DNA from: Candidatus Omnitrophota bacterium
GTDB taxonomy: Bacteria; Omnitrophota; Gorgyraeia; Duberdicusellales; 4484-171
Length of the DNA stretch: 64,000 nt
Direction of reading: 5' to 3'
Assembly (NCBI GenBank): GCA_037146775.1
Contig: JBAWWL010000004.1
Coordinates: 86,471-150,470, forward strand
The notes beneath the pieces were generated by a model that saw only the letters and a list, made by a program, of their open reading frames with translations, was not told where the DNA came from and did not search any database. The position numbers and the translations under genes were made by a program. Shown here one piece after another: positions 51,941-61,638 of the stretch (the stretch's first letter is position 1; every line of letters begins with the position of its first letter).

Positions 51941-53214
51941 AACTATTAATTAAAAACGGACATGTTGTTGATCCTGCCAACCACGTTGATGGGGTGTGCG
52001 ATATCCTGATTGAACACGAACGCATTGCTAAAGTAGGCAGTGCTATCAAGGTCGACGCACATACTGTTATTGATGCCACAGGCAAGATCGTGATCCCCGG
52101 CATTGTAGACATGCATGTGCATTTGCGTGAGCCGGGCAGGGAAGACAAGGAAACCGTCTCCAGCGGTACTAAAGCGGCCCTGCACGGTGGCGTGACCAGC
52201 ATGCTGGCGATGGCCAATACCCTTCAGACCATTGATTGCCCGGAGGCTGTCCGCCTGCTGCGGCAGATTATTGAAAAAACAGCCTATGCCAATGTGTATA
52301 TTACTGCGGCAATTACCAAAGGACGAATGGGAGAGCATATTACGGATATTGCGCGGCTGAAGAAAGAAGGAGCCATTGCTCTGAGCGACGACGGCGCATC
52401 GGTCGACGCAGACAACATTATGCTTGAGGCGCTTAAAAAAGCCAAAAAAGCTAAAATGCTGGTTCTCTGCCATAGCGAAGATAAAAGATTATCAGCCGGC
52501 GGCGTGATGAACGCAGGGTTCACTTCGACAAAACTGGGCCTGCGCGGCATCTCGAAAGAATCGGAATATAAACGGGTACAGCGAGACATAGACTTGGCTG
52601 CCAGCATTGACGCGTGCGTGCATATTACTCACGTCAGCTGCAAAGAATCCGTGGAAATTGTTGCACAGGCCAAGAAAAAGGGAATTAGGGTAACTGCCGA
52701 CACCGCTCCTCACTATTTTTCGCTTAGCGAAGAAGCTGTTTCCGGTTACGATACAAATACCAAAATGAACCCCCCATTACGAGGTAAAGATGATATGTTG
52801 GCGATACAGCAAGCTTTGCGCGACGGCACTATAGATGCTATTGCTTCGGACCATGCTCCGCATACGGAAAATGAAAAGGAAATAGAATTTGATCGCGCTG
52901 AGTTCGGCGTTATCGGTCTGGAAACGGAATTGTCGGTAAGCCTTGCGCTCGTCCATGCCGGCGCGTTAACGTTGTCTGAGTTGATAGCAAAACTTACGCG
53001 CAATCCCGCCAAGATCTTGGGAATTCCCAAGGGAACGTTGAGTGTCGGCGCCGATGCTGACGTGGCGGTATTTTCGAAGGATCGAGAGTGGTTGGTTGAA
53101 AAAAAAGTATTTTTTTCAAAATCAAAAAATTCCGCGTTTTTAGGCAAAACTTTAAAAGGTCTGGTCGAGTACACATTTGTTAAGGGCAAGCGCGTATATC
53201 CTTACGCGGAATAA
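51937..53214 (+). CDS. pyrC: dihydroorotase
   Basis: DMHVHLREPG and DHAPH motifs; 425 aa. Confidence 0.85.
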   Translation: MKLLIKNGHVVDPANHVDGVCDILIEHERIAKVGSAIKVDAHTVIDATGKIVIPGIVDMHVHLREPGREDKETVSSGTKAALHGGVTSMLAMANTLQTIDCPEAVRLLRQIIEKTAYANVYITAAITKGRMGEHITDIARLKKEGAIALSDDGASVDADNIMLEALKKAKKAKMLVLCHSEDKRLSAGGVMNAGFTSTKLGLRGISKESEYKRVQRDIDLAASIDACVHITHVSCKESVEIVAQAKKKGIRVTADTAPHYFSLSEEAVSGYDTNTKMNPPLRGKDDMLAIQQALRDGTIDAIASDHAPHTENEKEIEFDRAEFGVIGLETELSVSLALVHAGALTLSELIAKLTRNPAKILGIPKGTLSVGADADVAVFSKDREWLVEKKVFFSKSKNSAFLGKTLKGLVEYTFVKGKRVYPYAE

Positions 53215-53225
53215 ACCGAGGGAAA

Positions 53226-54467
53226 ATGGAATTTGTAGCAGATTTTCACATTCACTCTAAATACTCACGTGCGACATCTCGAGATATGGATGTGAAACAT
53301 ATTGCCGATTGGGCAAAGCTAAAGGGAATTGCTCTTATGGGCACGGGAGACTTTACCCACCATTTATGGCTTCAGGAGCTAAAAGCGAATTTAGAAGATT
53401 TAGGCAACGGCCTGTTTAAACACAAAGATATTCATTTTATGCTTACCGCAGAAGTAAGCAGTATTTATTCCAAGAAGGGTAAGGTCTATCGCATACACAA
53501 CCTTATTTTTGCGCCGTCTTTTAAAACCGTAGAAAAAATAAACGAAACATTAGGCCGGCAAGGCAATCTGGCCAGTGACGGCAGGCCCATTTTAGGCTTA
53601 GATGCGGAAGAATTGGCACGTATTGTTTTTGATATCGACGAGAATTGTATGGTTATCCCGGCACATGTATGGACTCCCTGGTTTAGTCTTTTTGGCTCCA
53701 TGTCCGGCTTTAACAGGATAGAAGATTGTTTCGGGAAGCAGACTTCCAAAATATTTGCCATGGAGACAGGGCTTTCAAGCGACCCCGCAATGAACTGGCG
53801 GTTGTCCGCGCTCGATAAATTTTCTTTGATTTCCAATTCAGACAGCCACTCCCCTTCTCGCATAGGCAGGGAAGCGAATGTTTTTAATTGCGAGCTTAGT
53901 TATTTTGAAATTAAAAAAGTTTTGGAAAAAAAAGACAAAAATAAATTCTTGTATACAATAGAATTTTTCCCCGAAGAGGGGAAATATCACTTTGATGGGC
54001 ATCGTAACTGCAATCTTCGCAGCAGTCCCGAAGAAACGAAAAAATACAAAGGCATTTGTCCCCGTTGTAACCGCCCGATGACCAAAGGGGTGCTGTATCG
54101 TGTCGAAGAGCTTGCAGACAGGCCTGTCGGTTTCGTTCCTCCCGACGCCATTGCTTACAAGAGCTTAGTTTCGCTGGATGAAATATTGGCCGCGGTAAAA
54201 GGTGTGGATAAGAAGAGTAAAACCATAGAAAGGGACTACATGCCTCTTATAGACATGTTTGGGTCTGAGTTTAATATTCTGGTAAAAGTGCCGCAAAATG
54301 AGCTCGACGCCAAACTGCCCGCAAAAATAGCCGAGGGTATACGGCGGGTCCGGGGAGGACAATTGAAAATACTCCCTGGTTACGATGGCGAATACGGAAT
54401 AATTTCAATCTTCGACGAGGAAAACAAGAAAGATAAACAAGCACAACTCAGTCTTTTTGATACATAG
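53226..54467 (+). CDS. PHP-domain protein with C4 zinc finger, endonuclease Q (TIGR00375)-like
   Basis: N-terminal DFHIHSKYSRATS PHP motif, GTGDFTH, and CPRCNRPMTKG zinc ribbon. Confidence 0.5.
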   Translation: MEFVADFHIHSKYSRATSRDMDVKHIADWAKLKGIALMGTGDFTHHLWLQELKANLEDLGNGLFKHKDIHFMLTAEVSSIYSKKGKVYRIHNLIFAPSFKTVEKINETLGRQGNLASDGRPILGLDAEELARIVFDIDENCMVIPAHVWTPWFSLFGSMSGFNRIEDCFGKQTSKIFAMETGLSSDPAMNWRLSALDKFSLISNSDSHSPSRIGREANVFNCELSYFEIKKVLEKKDKNKFLYTIEFFPEEGKYHFDGHRNCNLRSSPEETKKYKGICPRCNRPMTKGVLYRVEELADRPVGFVPPDAIAYKSLVSLDEILAAVKGVDKKSKTIERDYMPLIDMFGSEFNILVKVPQNELDAKLPAKIAEGIRRVRGGQLKILPGYDGEYGIISIFDEENKKDKQAQLSLFDT

Positions 54468-54508
54468 CGAATGAACAGAGTGTATGTAGTTTTTGCTCTA
54501 TACATATT

Positions 54509-55009
54509 ATGAAAGTAGCGATAATTTTTTATTCGTTTTCAGGAAACACAAAATCCGCATGTCTATTTTTAAAAGGGAGCTTGAACTCAAACGGTATCGC
54601 GGCAGATAGTATCGAGCTAAAACCCCTTAGAGAAGAGAGGTCATTTTTTCAACAAGGCAGGCAAGCATTCCGCAAGCACATGCCGCTTTTGGCCGACGTT
54701 ACATATGACCTGGCCGCGTACGATTTTGTTGTTTTTGCTTCGCCGGTATGGGCATTTACTATTGCGCCAGCGCTGCGCAGTTACCTCAAGAAAGCAAAGG
54801 GGTTAGAGAACAAAAAAACAGCGTGTTTTGTTACGCACGGTAGCGGTCTGGGCAGTAAAAAAGCGCTTCGAGAACTGGAGGAAATTCTTAAAAGCTGCGG
54901 TGCGCGAATCCTTTGTGCGAAAGATATCGCGGGGAATAAAGCAAAGGACTGTTTTTGTATGGAAGAAAATTTTAAATCTTTTATCGATATAGTAACGGCT
55001 CGCCCTTAA
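54509..55009 (+). CDS. flavodoxin-like fold protein
   Basis: MKVAIIFYSFSGNTK N-terminal flavodoxin signature. Confidence 0.55.
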   Translation: MKVAIIFYSFSGNTKSACLFLKGSLNSNGIAADSIELKPLREERSFFQQGRQAFRKHMPLLADVTYDLAAYDFVVFASPVWAFTIAPALRSYLKKAKGLENKKTACFVTHGSGLGSKKALRELEEILKSCGARILCAKDIAGNKAKDCFCMEENFKSFIDIVTARP

Positions 55010-55027
55010 GAAGGAGGCAAAGCGTAT

Positions 55028-55714
55028 ATGCGATACAAAATTTATTTAACACGCTTACTACGATTGGCGGTGTTTGTGTTGCCTGTAATATTAGCTGTGT
55101 ATCATTGTGACCCTGCCGCGCAGGCATATGCGCGTTCCCAGGAGCACCCTTCCAAGCTATTAGATACACAACCCGCTGCGTTGGCTGCGCTCATAAATTC
55201 GGCACAGTGGAAGCAGATCCAAATTTTTTGGAGCAAGCTTAACGCGTGTCGCTCGCGGCCAGACCGCTGCACCATGGGTGAGTATTTCGCGGTGCTTGAT
55301 GCGAAAAAAAGCGCCCAACTTTATAAAGAACTGGAACAAATCATTACTGGATTGGAACGGTTGGAGAAAGACCGTAAAATATCTTCTTCAACAAAAGAGA
55401 TTTTGCAAAATGTATTACGCGACCGCCTCGATTACTTTTCCGGCGTAAAACCAGAGGATGTGCTCAGTCAGGAAATACCTTTGTACGTTACCAGAAGGCT
55501 ACATATTATCGATCTGGAAAGAAACATTGATGCGTTACAAAAATTACATCAAACAAAAAAAAACATCTCAAAAGTGCAAAAGTTGTTGGGCGCTGTTCAG
55601 ACGCGCGTGAATATGCTCATTGCTTTCTACCGCCTGCCGCAGGGAATGTGTTTGAATGCGAGCGACGAGCGCATGGTGAGAGCACTGATAACGGATTTAG
55701 TAAAAAACAGCTAA
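55028..55714 (+). CDS. hypothetical secreted protein or lipoprotein
   Basis: AGGAGG SD; N-terminal hydrophobic signal followed by C (VYHC); no recognised motifs. Confidence 0.35.
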   Translation: MRYKIYLTRLLRLAVFVLPVILAVYHCDPAAQAYARSQEHPSKLLDTQPAALAALINSAQWKQIQIFWSKLNACRSRPDRCTMGEYFAVLDAKKSAQLYKELEQIITGLERLEKDRKISSSTKEILQNVLRDRLDYFSGVKPEDVLSQEIPLYVTRRLHIIDLERNIDALQKLHQTKKNISKVQKLLGAVQTRVNMLIAFYRLPQGMCLNASDERMVRALITDLVKNS

Positions 55715-55741
55715 GAGATAATTCCGCAAAACATATACTAT

Positions 55742-55813
55742 GTCCCTGTAGCCCAACGGATAGGGCGTTGGCCTCCGAAGCCAAAAATGGCAGTTCAATT
55801 CTGCCCAGGGACG
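55742..55813 (+). tRNA. tRNA-Arg (CCG)
   Basis: Manual fold; anticodon loop CTCCGAA; T-loop AGTTCAATTCTGC. Confidence 0.7.
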
Positions 55814-55882
55814 TTATATGTAGAACGGCCGAGAGAAGCAGTGTATAGAGCTGTGTGTGCGCATAAAACTAAAACGAGGAAG

Positions 55883-56344
55883 ATGAACATAGCAGTAATT
55901 GGCGGCTCAAAGGTTTCAAGAAAAAATTACCAGATTGCGTACGAGCTTGGCAAGTGCATCGCGCAGGAAGGCTGGGTATTGCTTTCCGGCGGTAGGACAG
56001 GAGTAATGGAAGCCTCGTGCAAAGGCGCACGAGAAAACGGTGGAGTAACGATCGGTATACTGCCCAGCTACGATGGCAAAGACGCCAATACGTATGTCGG
56101 TGTAAAGATTCCTACGGGCATCGGTTACGCGAGAAATGTGCTTGTGGTCCGCGCTGCCGATATTGTTGTAGCCATAAGCGGGAAATATGGAACGCTCTCT
56201 GAAATTGCTTTCGCATTTAACGAAGGCAAGACTGTCCTGGGTATTAATACCTGGAACATTAAGGGGGTACGCAAAGTAAAAAATGTCAAAACGGCAGTGC
56301 AATACATTAAACGAACATTTTGCAAAACTAATACAGTAAGGTGA
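55883..56344 (+). CDS. TIGR00725 / LOG (lysine-decarboxylase-like) family protein
   Basis: MNIAVIGGS...LLSGGRTGVMEA...GVTIGILP pattern; the internal ATG at 55883 is used because the upstream part of the ORF overlaps tRNA-Arg. Confidence 0.6.
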   Translation: MNIAVIGGSKVSRKNYQIAYELGKCIAQEGWVLLSGGRTGVMEASCKGARENGGVTIGILPSYDGKDANTYVGVKIPTGIGYARNVLVVRAADIVVAISGKYGTLSEIAFAFNEGKTVLGINTWNIKGVRKVKNVKTAVQYIKRTFCKTNTVR

Positions 56345-56419
56345 ACATGCGCATTATTCTTTTCGATGGCGGGAAGAATAATGTTGGAAGTAAACTGTTG
56401 AGAACAGCTGTAAGGAGGA

Positions 56420-59400
56420 ATGATGCCAAAGAGAACAGACATTAAGAAAATAATTATTATCGGCTCAGGCCCCATTATTATCGGCCAAGCCTGCGAATTC
56501 GATTATTCCGGAACCCAGGCGTGTAAGGCGCTCAAAGAAGAGGGGTATGAAGTGGTTTTGGTCAACTCAAATCCGGCCACAATCATGACCGATCCGGGTA
56601 TGGCGGATCAGACATATATTGAGCCGCTTACGGTAGAAAGTTTGGAAAAAATTATCGAGAAAGAAAGACCCGATGCGCTGCTTCCTAATTTAGGAGGACA
56701 AACCGGACTTAACCTTGCGTCAGCGCTGCACAAAAAAGGTATCTTGGAAAAATATGACGTAGAAATCATCGGAGTTAAGGCTGATGCTATCGAACGAGGA
56801 GAAGACCGTCTTGCATTTAAAGAAACCATGAACGCGCTCGGCATCTCTCTCCCGAAATCGGAAATTTGTCATTCGGCTCAAGAGGCGGAAAAGATCGCCG
56901 AACAGCTGGGGTATCCTGTGGTGCTGCGACCGGCTTATACCTTAGGCGGAACAGGCGGCGGTATCGCGTATAATATCGAGGAGTTACGTACTATTGTCGG
57001 CAGAGGCCTTAACGCCAGCCTTATCCGCCAAGTCTTGGTTGAAGAATCCGTGTTAGGGTGGGAAGAGCTCGAGTTGGAGGTAGTACGAGATCAGAAAAAT
57101 CAGAAAATTACCGTATGTTTTATAGAAAACATCGATCCAATGGGAGTGCATACCGGAGATAGTTTTTGTGTTGCTCCTATGCTGACGGTTCCCGAAAAAC
57201 TGCAGAAGCGGATGCAGGAACTTTCGTATAAAATCGTTGATGCTATCGGTGTGGTAGGAGGCACCAATATACAGTTTGCTCATAATCCTTTGAATGACCG
57301 GCTGGTTGCCATAGAAATAAATCCGAGAACTTCGCGTTCTTCCGCGCTTGCCTCAAAAGCCACAGGTTTTCCTATCGCGCGTATTTCCACAAAGCTTGCT
57401 GCGGGCTTTACCATGGAGGAAATACCTTATTGGAGAAAAGGAACGCTTGAAAAGTATGAACCGAGCGGCGATTATGTGGTGGTAAAATTCGCACGCTGGG
57501 CCTTTGAGAAATTTCCTCAGGCAAAGGATATCTTGGGTACTCAAATGAAAGCGGTCGGAGAAGTTATGAGTATAGGCAAGAACTTTAAGGAGGCCCTGCA
57601 AAAAGCAATACGCTCACTAGAGATCAACCGATATGGTCTTGGGGTCAAAAAAATCAGGGTGCTTTCTCCGGAGGCCTTAACCGATAAGCTGCGGTATCCT
57701 TCGAGTGAACGTATTTTTCTAATGTACGAAGCTCTGCGCCGCGGCGTATCCGTCGAAGAGCTGCACCGGACCACTTATATCGGTTGTTGGTTTATCAATG
57801 AGATGAAAGAGCTGGTTGATTTTGAAGAAGAATTATTGAAGTATAAATGGAACGATCTTCCTGACAAAAAACTTTTGAAAGCCAAAGAGTGGGGGTTCGC
57901 CGATCGGTATATAGCGGAACTTTTTGGTATCAAAGAAAAAACAGTGCGCGATAAAAGAGTAGCGCTCGGTAAGATTGGTCATTATGACGCCGTGGCGGTC
58001 AGTGGAGTGGCGGATGCAGCCTATTATTACTCAACCTACAACGGCGAAGATCGCGTGAAAGTATCCGATAAGAAAAAAGTAATGATTTTAGGCGGTGGGC
58101 CCAATAGAATCGGCCAGGGTATTGAGTTTGATTATACCTGCGTACATGCTGCCTTTGCCTTGCGCGACGAAGGGCGCGAATCAATCATGGTCAACTGTAA
58201 TCCCGAAACAGTTTCTACCGATTATGACACTTCCGATAAGCTCTATTTTGAGCCGCTGACCGTGGAAGATGTAATGACTATTTATGAAAAAGAAAAACCG
58301 GAAGGAGCCATCGTTCAGTTCGGCGGTCAAACGCCTTTAAATATCGCTCAAGCACTCAAAGACAACGGCGTTAAAATATTAGGAACTTCTCCGGAAAGTA
58401 TTCGTCTCGCGGAAGATCGCGAGTATTTTAGGGAACGGATGAAAAAGTTAGATATTTTGCAACCGGAAGGAGATGCGGCTCGCTCTCTCGAGGAAGCAAT
58501 CAAGATCGCGAAAAGAATAGGTTATCCGTTGATGGTCAGGCCATCGTTTGTCTTAGGCGGCCGCGGCATGGAAGTTATTTATGATGAAGCCACGCTTAGA
58601 AGATATGCGCAAGAGGCGATCGAAATTACTCCCGAGTACCCGATGCTTATCGATCGTTTCCTCGAGCAGGCAATCGAAACCGAAGTTGACGCGTTGTGTG
58701 ATGGCGAAAACACTTTTGTTGCCGCGGTAATGGAACATATAGAACTGGCCGGGGTGCATTCGGGTGATTCGGCTTGCGCCATTCCGCCTCGGACCATACC
58801 TGAAAAACATCTCAAAACTATCAACGAATACACCGCAAAAATCGCCAAAGATCTTAAAGTGGTGGGTTTGATCAACATCCAGTACGCTATATGTAACGAT
58901 AAGGTTTATATCCTGGAAGCAAATCCGCGGGCATCGCGCACCGTGCCTTTGGTTTCTAAAATAACAGGTTTTCCTATCGCGCGTATCGCGACACTCTTGA
59001 TGCTGGGTAAGTCGCTAAAAGATTTTCCAGAACTTAAAGCTCGCAAGCTTTCTTACGTCGGCGTTAAAGAAGCCGTGTTTCCTTTCAATATGTTTCCCGA
59101 AGTTGACCCGGTGCTGGGGCCAGAAATGCGCGCTACCGGAGAAGTCATGGGTATAGCCGATAGCTTCGGCCTCGCGTTTTATAAAGCCCAAGAGGCCACA
59201 GGGCTCAAATTGCCCGAAGAAGGAAATGTGTTGATTACGGTGGCAGACAAAGACAAGCGCCAGATCATTCCGGTTGCGAAGAGGCTTAAGAAAGCAGGGT
59301 TTACTATTTATGCCACGAAAAAAACACACGCTGCGTTACGCGAGAACGGCGTTGAAAGCATTGAGATATGCAAAATTGACGAAGGCAGGCCGGACATTAC

Positions 59401-59626
59401 AGATCTTATTAAAAACCGGGATTTGCATCTTATTATCAACACGCCGCTCGGCCATAGCGGCAAGCTCGACGACAGCTATATCCGTATGATGGCAATTCAA
59501 TATAAGATTCCCTACATTACTTCTATCGCGTCAGCCGAAGCAAGCGTAGAAGGTATAGAGGCGGTTCAGCAGAAAAAAACCGCGCCCAAATCTTTACAGG
59601 ATTATCATAGCGATAGTATACGTTAG
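56420..59626 (+). CDS. carB: carbamoyl-phosphate synthase large subunit
   Basis: Duplicated ATP-grasp halves, oligomerisation domain and MGS-like domain; 1068 aa. Confidence 0.95.
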   Translation: MMPKRTDIKKIIIIGSGPIIIGQACEFDYSGTQACKALKEEGYEVVLVNSNPATIMTDPGMADQTYIEPLTVESLEKIIEKERPDALLPNLGGQTGLNLASALHKKGILEKYDVEIIGVKADAIERGEDRLAFKETMNALGISLPKSEICHSAQEAEKIAEQLGYPVVLRPAYTLGGTGGGIAYNIEELRTIVGRGLNASLIRQVLVEESVLGWEELELEVVRDQKNQKITVCFIENIDPMGVHTGDSFCVAPMLTVPEKLQKRMQELSYKIVDAIGVVGGTNIQFAHNPLNDRLVAIEINPRTSRSSALASKATGFPIARISTKLAAGFTMEEIPYWRKGTLEKYEPSGDYVVVKFARWAFEKFPQAKDILGTQMKAVGEVMSIGKNFKEALQKAIRSLEINRYGLGVKKIRVLSPEALTDKLRYPSSERIFLMYEALRRGVSVEELHRTTYIGCWFINEMKELVDFEEELLKYKWNDLPDKKLLKAKEWGFADRYIAELFGIKEKTVRDKRVALGKIGHYDAVAVSGVADAAYYYSTYNGEDRVKVSDKKKVMILGGGPNRIGQGIEFDYTCVHAAFALRDEGRESIMVNCNPETVSTDYDTSDKLYFEPLTVEDVMTIYEKEKPEGAIVQFGGQTPLNIAQALKDNGVKILGTSPESIRLAEDREYFRERMKKLDILQPEGDAARSLEEAIKIAKRIGYPLMVRPSFVLGGRGMEVIYDEATLRRYAQEAIEITPEYPMLIDRFLEQAIETEVDALCDGENTFVAAVMEHIELAGVHSGDSACAIPPRTIPEKHLKTINEYTAKIAKDLKVVGLINIQYAICNDKVYILEANPRASRTVPLVSKITGFPIARIATLLMLGKSLKDFPELKARKLSYVGVKEAVFPFNMFPEVDPVLGPEMRATGEVMGIADSFGLAFYKAQEATGLKLPEEGNVLITVADKDKRQIIPVAKRLKKAGFTIYATKKTHAALRENGVESIEICKIDEGRPDITDLIKNRDLHLIINTPLGHSGKLDDSYIRMMAIQYKIPYITSIASAEASVEGIEAVQQKKTAPKSLQDYHSDSIR

Positions 59627-59667
59627 GCCGACGGTCCAACGTATTGTGTGCGGAGGTTAAAATTAAA

Positions 59668-60222
59668 ATGTCTAATACAATAACGAATTCCTTGCAAAGG
59701 TTATCGCGGATTGTGTTTAACAAAGAAGAAGTCAGGAAGCTTGTTGCCTCGAAAAAAATGATCGAATCCTATATCGATCTAGACACCCAGCTGACTCCCA
59801 ATGGTTTTGATGTAACGGTGGAAAAGGTTTTTTCGTTCATTTCTTCCGGCGCTTTAGATTTTTCCAACAAAGAAAGAATTCTGCCGGAGACAAAAGAGGT
59901 CATTGCCAAAAAGAGAAAAACAACAGATAAGTTCGGCTGGTGGATTTTGAAGAAAGGTGTTTATAAAGTAAGGACCAACGAAACCGTTAATCTGCCGAAT
60001 ACTGTGGTGGCGTTTGCTTTCAGTCGTACTTCCGTTTTGCGTATGGGCGCTTTCACACAGCATGGCGTGTGGGATGCTGGTTTTCGCGGTAAAGGAGAAT
60101 TTGTTTTAACCGTAGAAAACCCCAAGGGTATTGCGATTAAGCAGAATGCCCGCATTGCCCAACTGGTATTTCTTTCTACCAACGAGACAGAAGGGTATAA
60201 AGGTATCTACAAGAATTTGTGA
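59668..60222 (+). CDS. dcd: dCTP deaminase / dUTPase-superfamily protein
   Basis: dUTPase-fold motifs (VAFAFSRTSVLRMGAF...GVWDAGFRGK); ATG at 59668 is preceded by GGAGGT. Confidence 0.6.
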   Translation: MSNTITNSLQRLSRIVFNKEEVRKLVASKKMIESYIDLDTQLTPNGFDVTVEKVFSFISSGALDFSNKERILPETKEVIAKKRKTTDKFGWWILKKGVYKVRTNETVNLPNTVVAFAFSRTSVLRMGAFTQHGVWDAGFRGKGEFVLTVENPKGIAIKQNARIAQLVFLSTNETEGYKGIYKNL

Positions 60223-60229
60223 GGTAAAA

Positions 60230-60628
60230 ATGCACACCTTGTGCCTTGATACCACCAAAAGAGCAGAGATGATTGATATCACCTCTCGCGTGGGAAAAAT
60301 CGTAAAAGACTCTGAAATAAAAGACGGCCTTTGCGTTATTTTTTGCCCGCATACAACCGCCGGTCTCACTATAAACGAAAACGCAGACCCTTCAGTAAAA
60401 AAAGATATACTTACGCACCTAGAAGAACTTGTACCACAGGATAAAAATTATACGCACACCGAAGGCAATTCCGCCGCGCACATTAAAAGCTCTCTGGTGG
60501 GGAGTTCCCTCTATGTCATTGTTGAGTGCGGCGCACTTGTTTTAGGAACCTGGCAAGGAGTGTATCTTTGTGAGTTCGATGGCCCACGGCAACGGCACAT
60601 ATATGTGCAAACGATAGCAGCGCAGTAA
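60230..60628 (+). CDS. yjbQ: YjbQ (UPF0047) family secondary thiamine-phosphate synthase-like protein
   Basis: CPHTTAGLTINENADPSV and HIKSSLVGSS conserved blocks; internal ATG preceded by GAGGT. Confidence 0.7.
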   Translation: MHTLCLDTTKRAEMIDITSRVGKIVKDSEIKDGLCVIFCPHTTAGLTINENADPSVKKDILTHLEELVPQDKNYTHTEGNSAAHIKSSLVGSSLYVIVECGALVLGTWQGVYLCEFDGPRQRHIYVQTIAAQ

Positions 60629-60821
60629 CATTAGTATTCCAGCAATCAACTTAACCTGGCCTCAATATCTTTCTTGCACGAGAGGAGCAATGTCAAGATT
60701 TCTAGAAGAGGTTTTTGGCCTTTCGCGAAGCGAAAGCAGTAGGGATGTTTCCAATGGATTCTGTGATTCCAACAAGAGAGCTATTGCCGAGATATTATAG
60801 ATAAGGCTAAAAAGGAGTACG

Positions 60822-61625
60822 ATGCCCGAACTTCCAGAAGTGGAGACCATCAAACGCGAATTAGAAAAAGCGGTCTTAGGTAAAAAAATTACCGAGGTCT
60901 GCGTGCGTCACCCTACAGTTATACGCGAACCATCGGTTGAAAAATTTAAAAAAGGCATTGCCGGCACGACGGTAAAAAATATTCTGCGTAAAGCCAAGGT
61001 TTTAATTTTAGAATTGTCGAATGGGAAATCTTTAGTGATCCACTTGAAGATGACGGGCCAGCTTATTTATCCCGGGACCCCCGGTACGCACACGCGCGTT
61101 GTCTTTAACCTGGCTGGCGGTAAAACGCTCGATTTTAACGATCAACGTTTATTCGCGGATCTGCGGCTACTCGATGACTGGCGCAATTTAAAATTTATTC
61201 AGGAGTTGGGGCCGGAGCCATTCGATATCTCAAGGGAACAATTTAACAGTATGTTAGATTCCAAGAAAACCAAAATAAAGCCTCTTTTGATGGATCAAAC
61301 ATTTATTTCCGGCGTGGGCAACCTTTATGCGGCAGAGGCGTTATTTCGGGCGCGTATCCACCCCGAAAGGCCGGCCCAGAGTTTATCCGGAAAAGAAAAA
61401 GAAACACTCCTGACCGAGCTAAAAAAAACGCTCGAAGAAGCGATCCGCCATAAAGGCTCGTCCGTAGATCAGTATGTGCAGTTAACCGGCGCACCGGGGG
61501 ATTATGTGCAGCACCACCAGGTATATGAACGCCAAGGAAAGCCTTGCCGTATCTGTAAAACGCCGATTAAGAAAATCGTTTTAGGCGGAAGAGGTACTTG
61601 TTTTTGCCCCAAATGCCAGAAATAA
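60822..61625 (+). CDS. mutM: formamidopyrimidine-DNA glycosylase
   Basis: MPELPEVE N-terminus and C-terminal CxxC...CxxC zinc finger. Confidence 0.85.
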   Translation: MPELPEVETIKRELEKAVLGKKITEVCVRHPTVIREPSVEKFKKGIAGTTVKNILRKAKVLILELSNGKSLVIHLKMTGQLIYPGTPGTHTRVVFNLAGGKTLDFNDQRLFADLRLLDDWRNLKFIQELGPEPFDISREQFNSMLDSKKTKIKPLLMDQTFISGVGNLYAAEALFRARIHPERPAQSLSGKEKETLLTELKKTLEEAIRHKGSSVDQYVQLTGAPGDYVQHHQVYERQGKPCRICKTPIKKIVLGGRGTCFCPKCQK

Positions 61626-61638
61626 ACACACCTTTATT

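Noticed and set aside
55648-55882. ORF 55648..55848 and the 5' extension of ORF 55787..56344
   Set aside because: Both overlap the tRNA-Arg gene (55742..55813). The LOG-family protein has a conserved N-terminus beginning at the internal ATG 55883.
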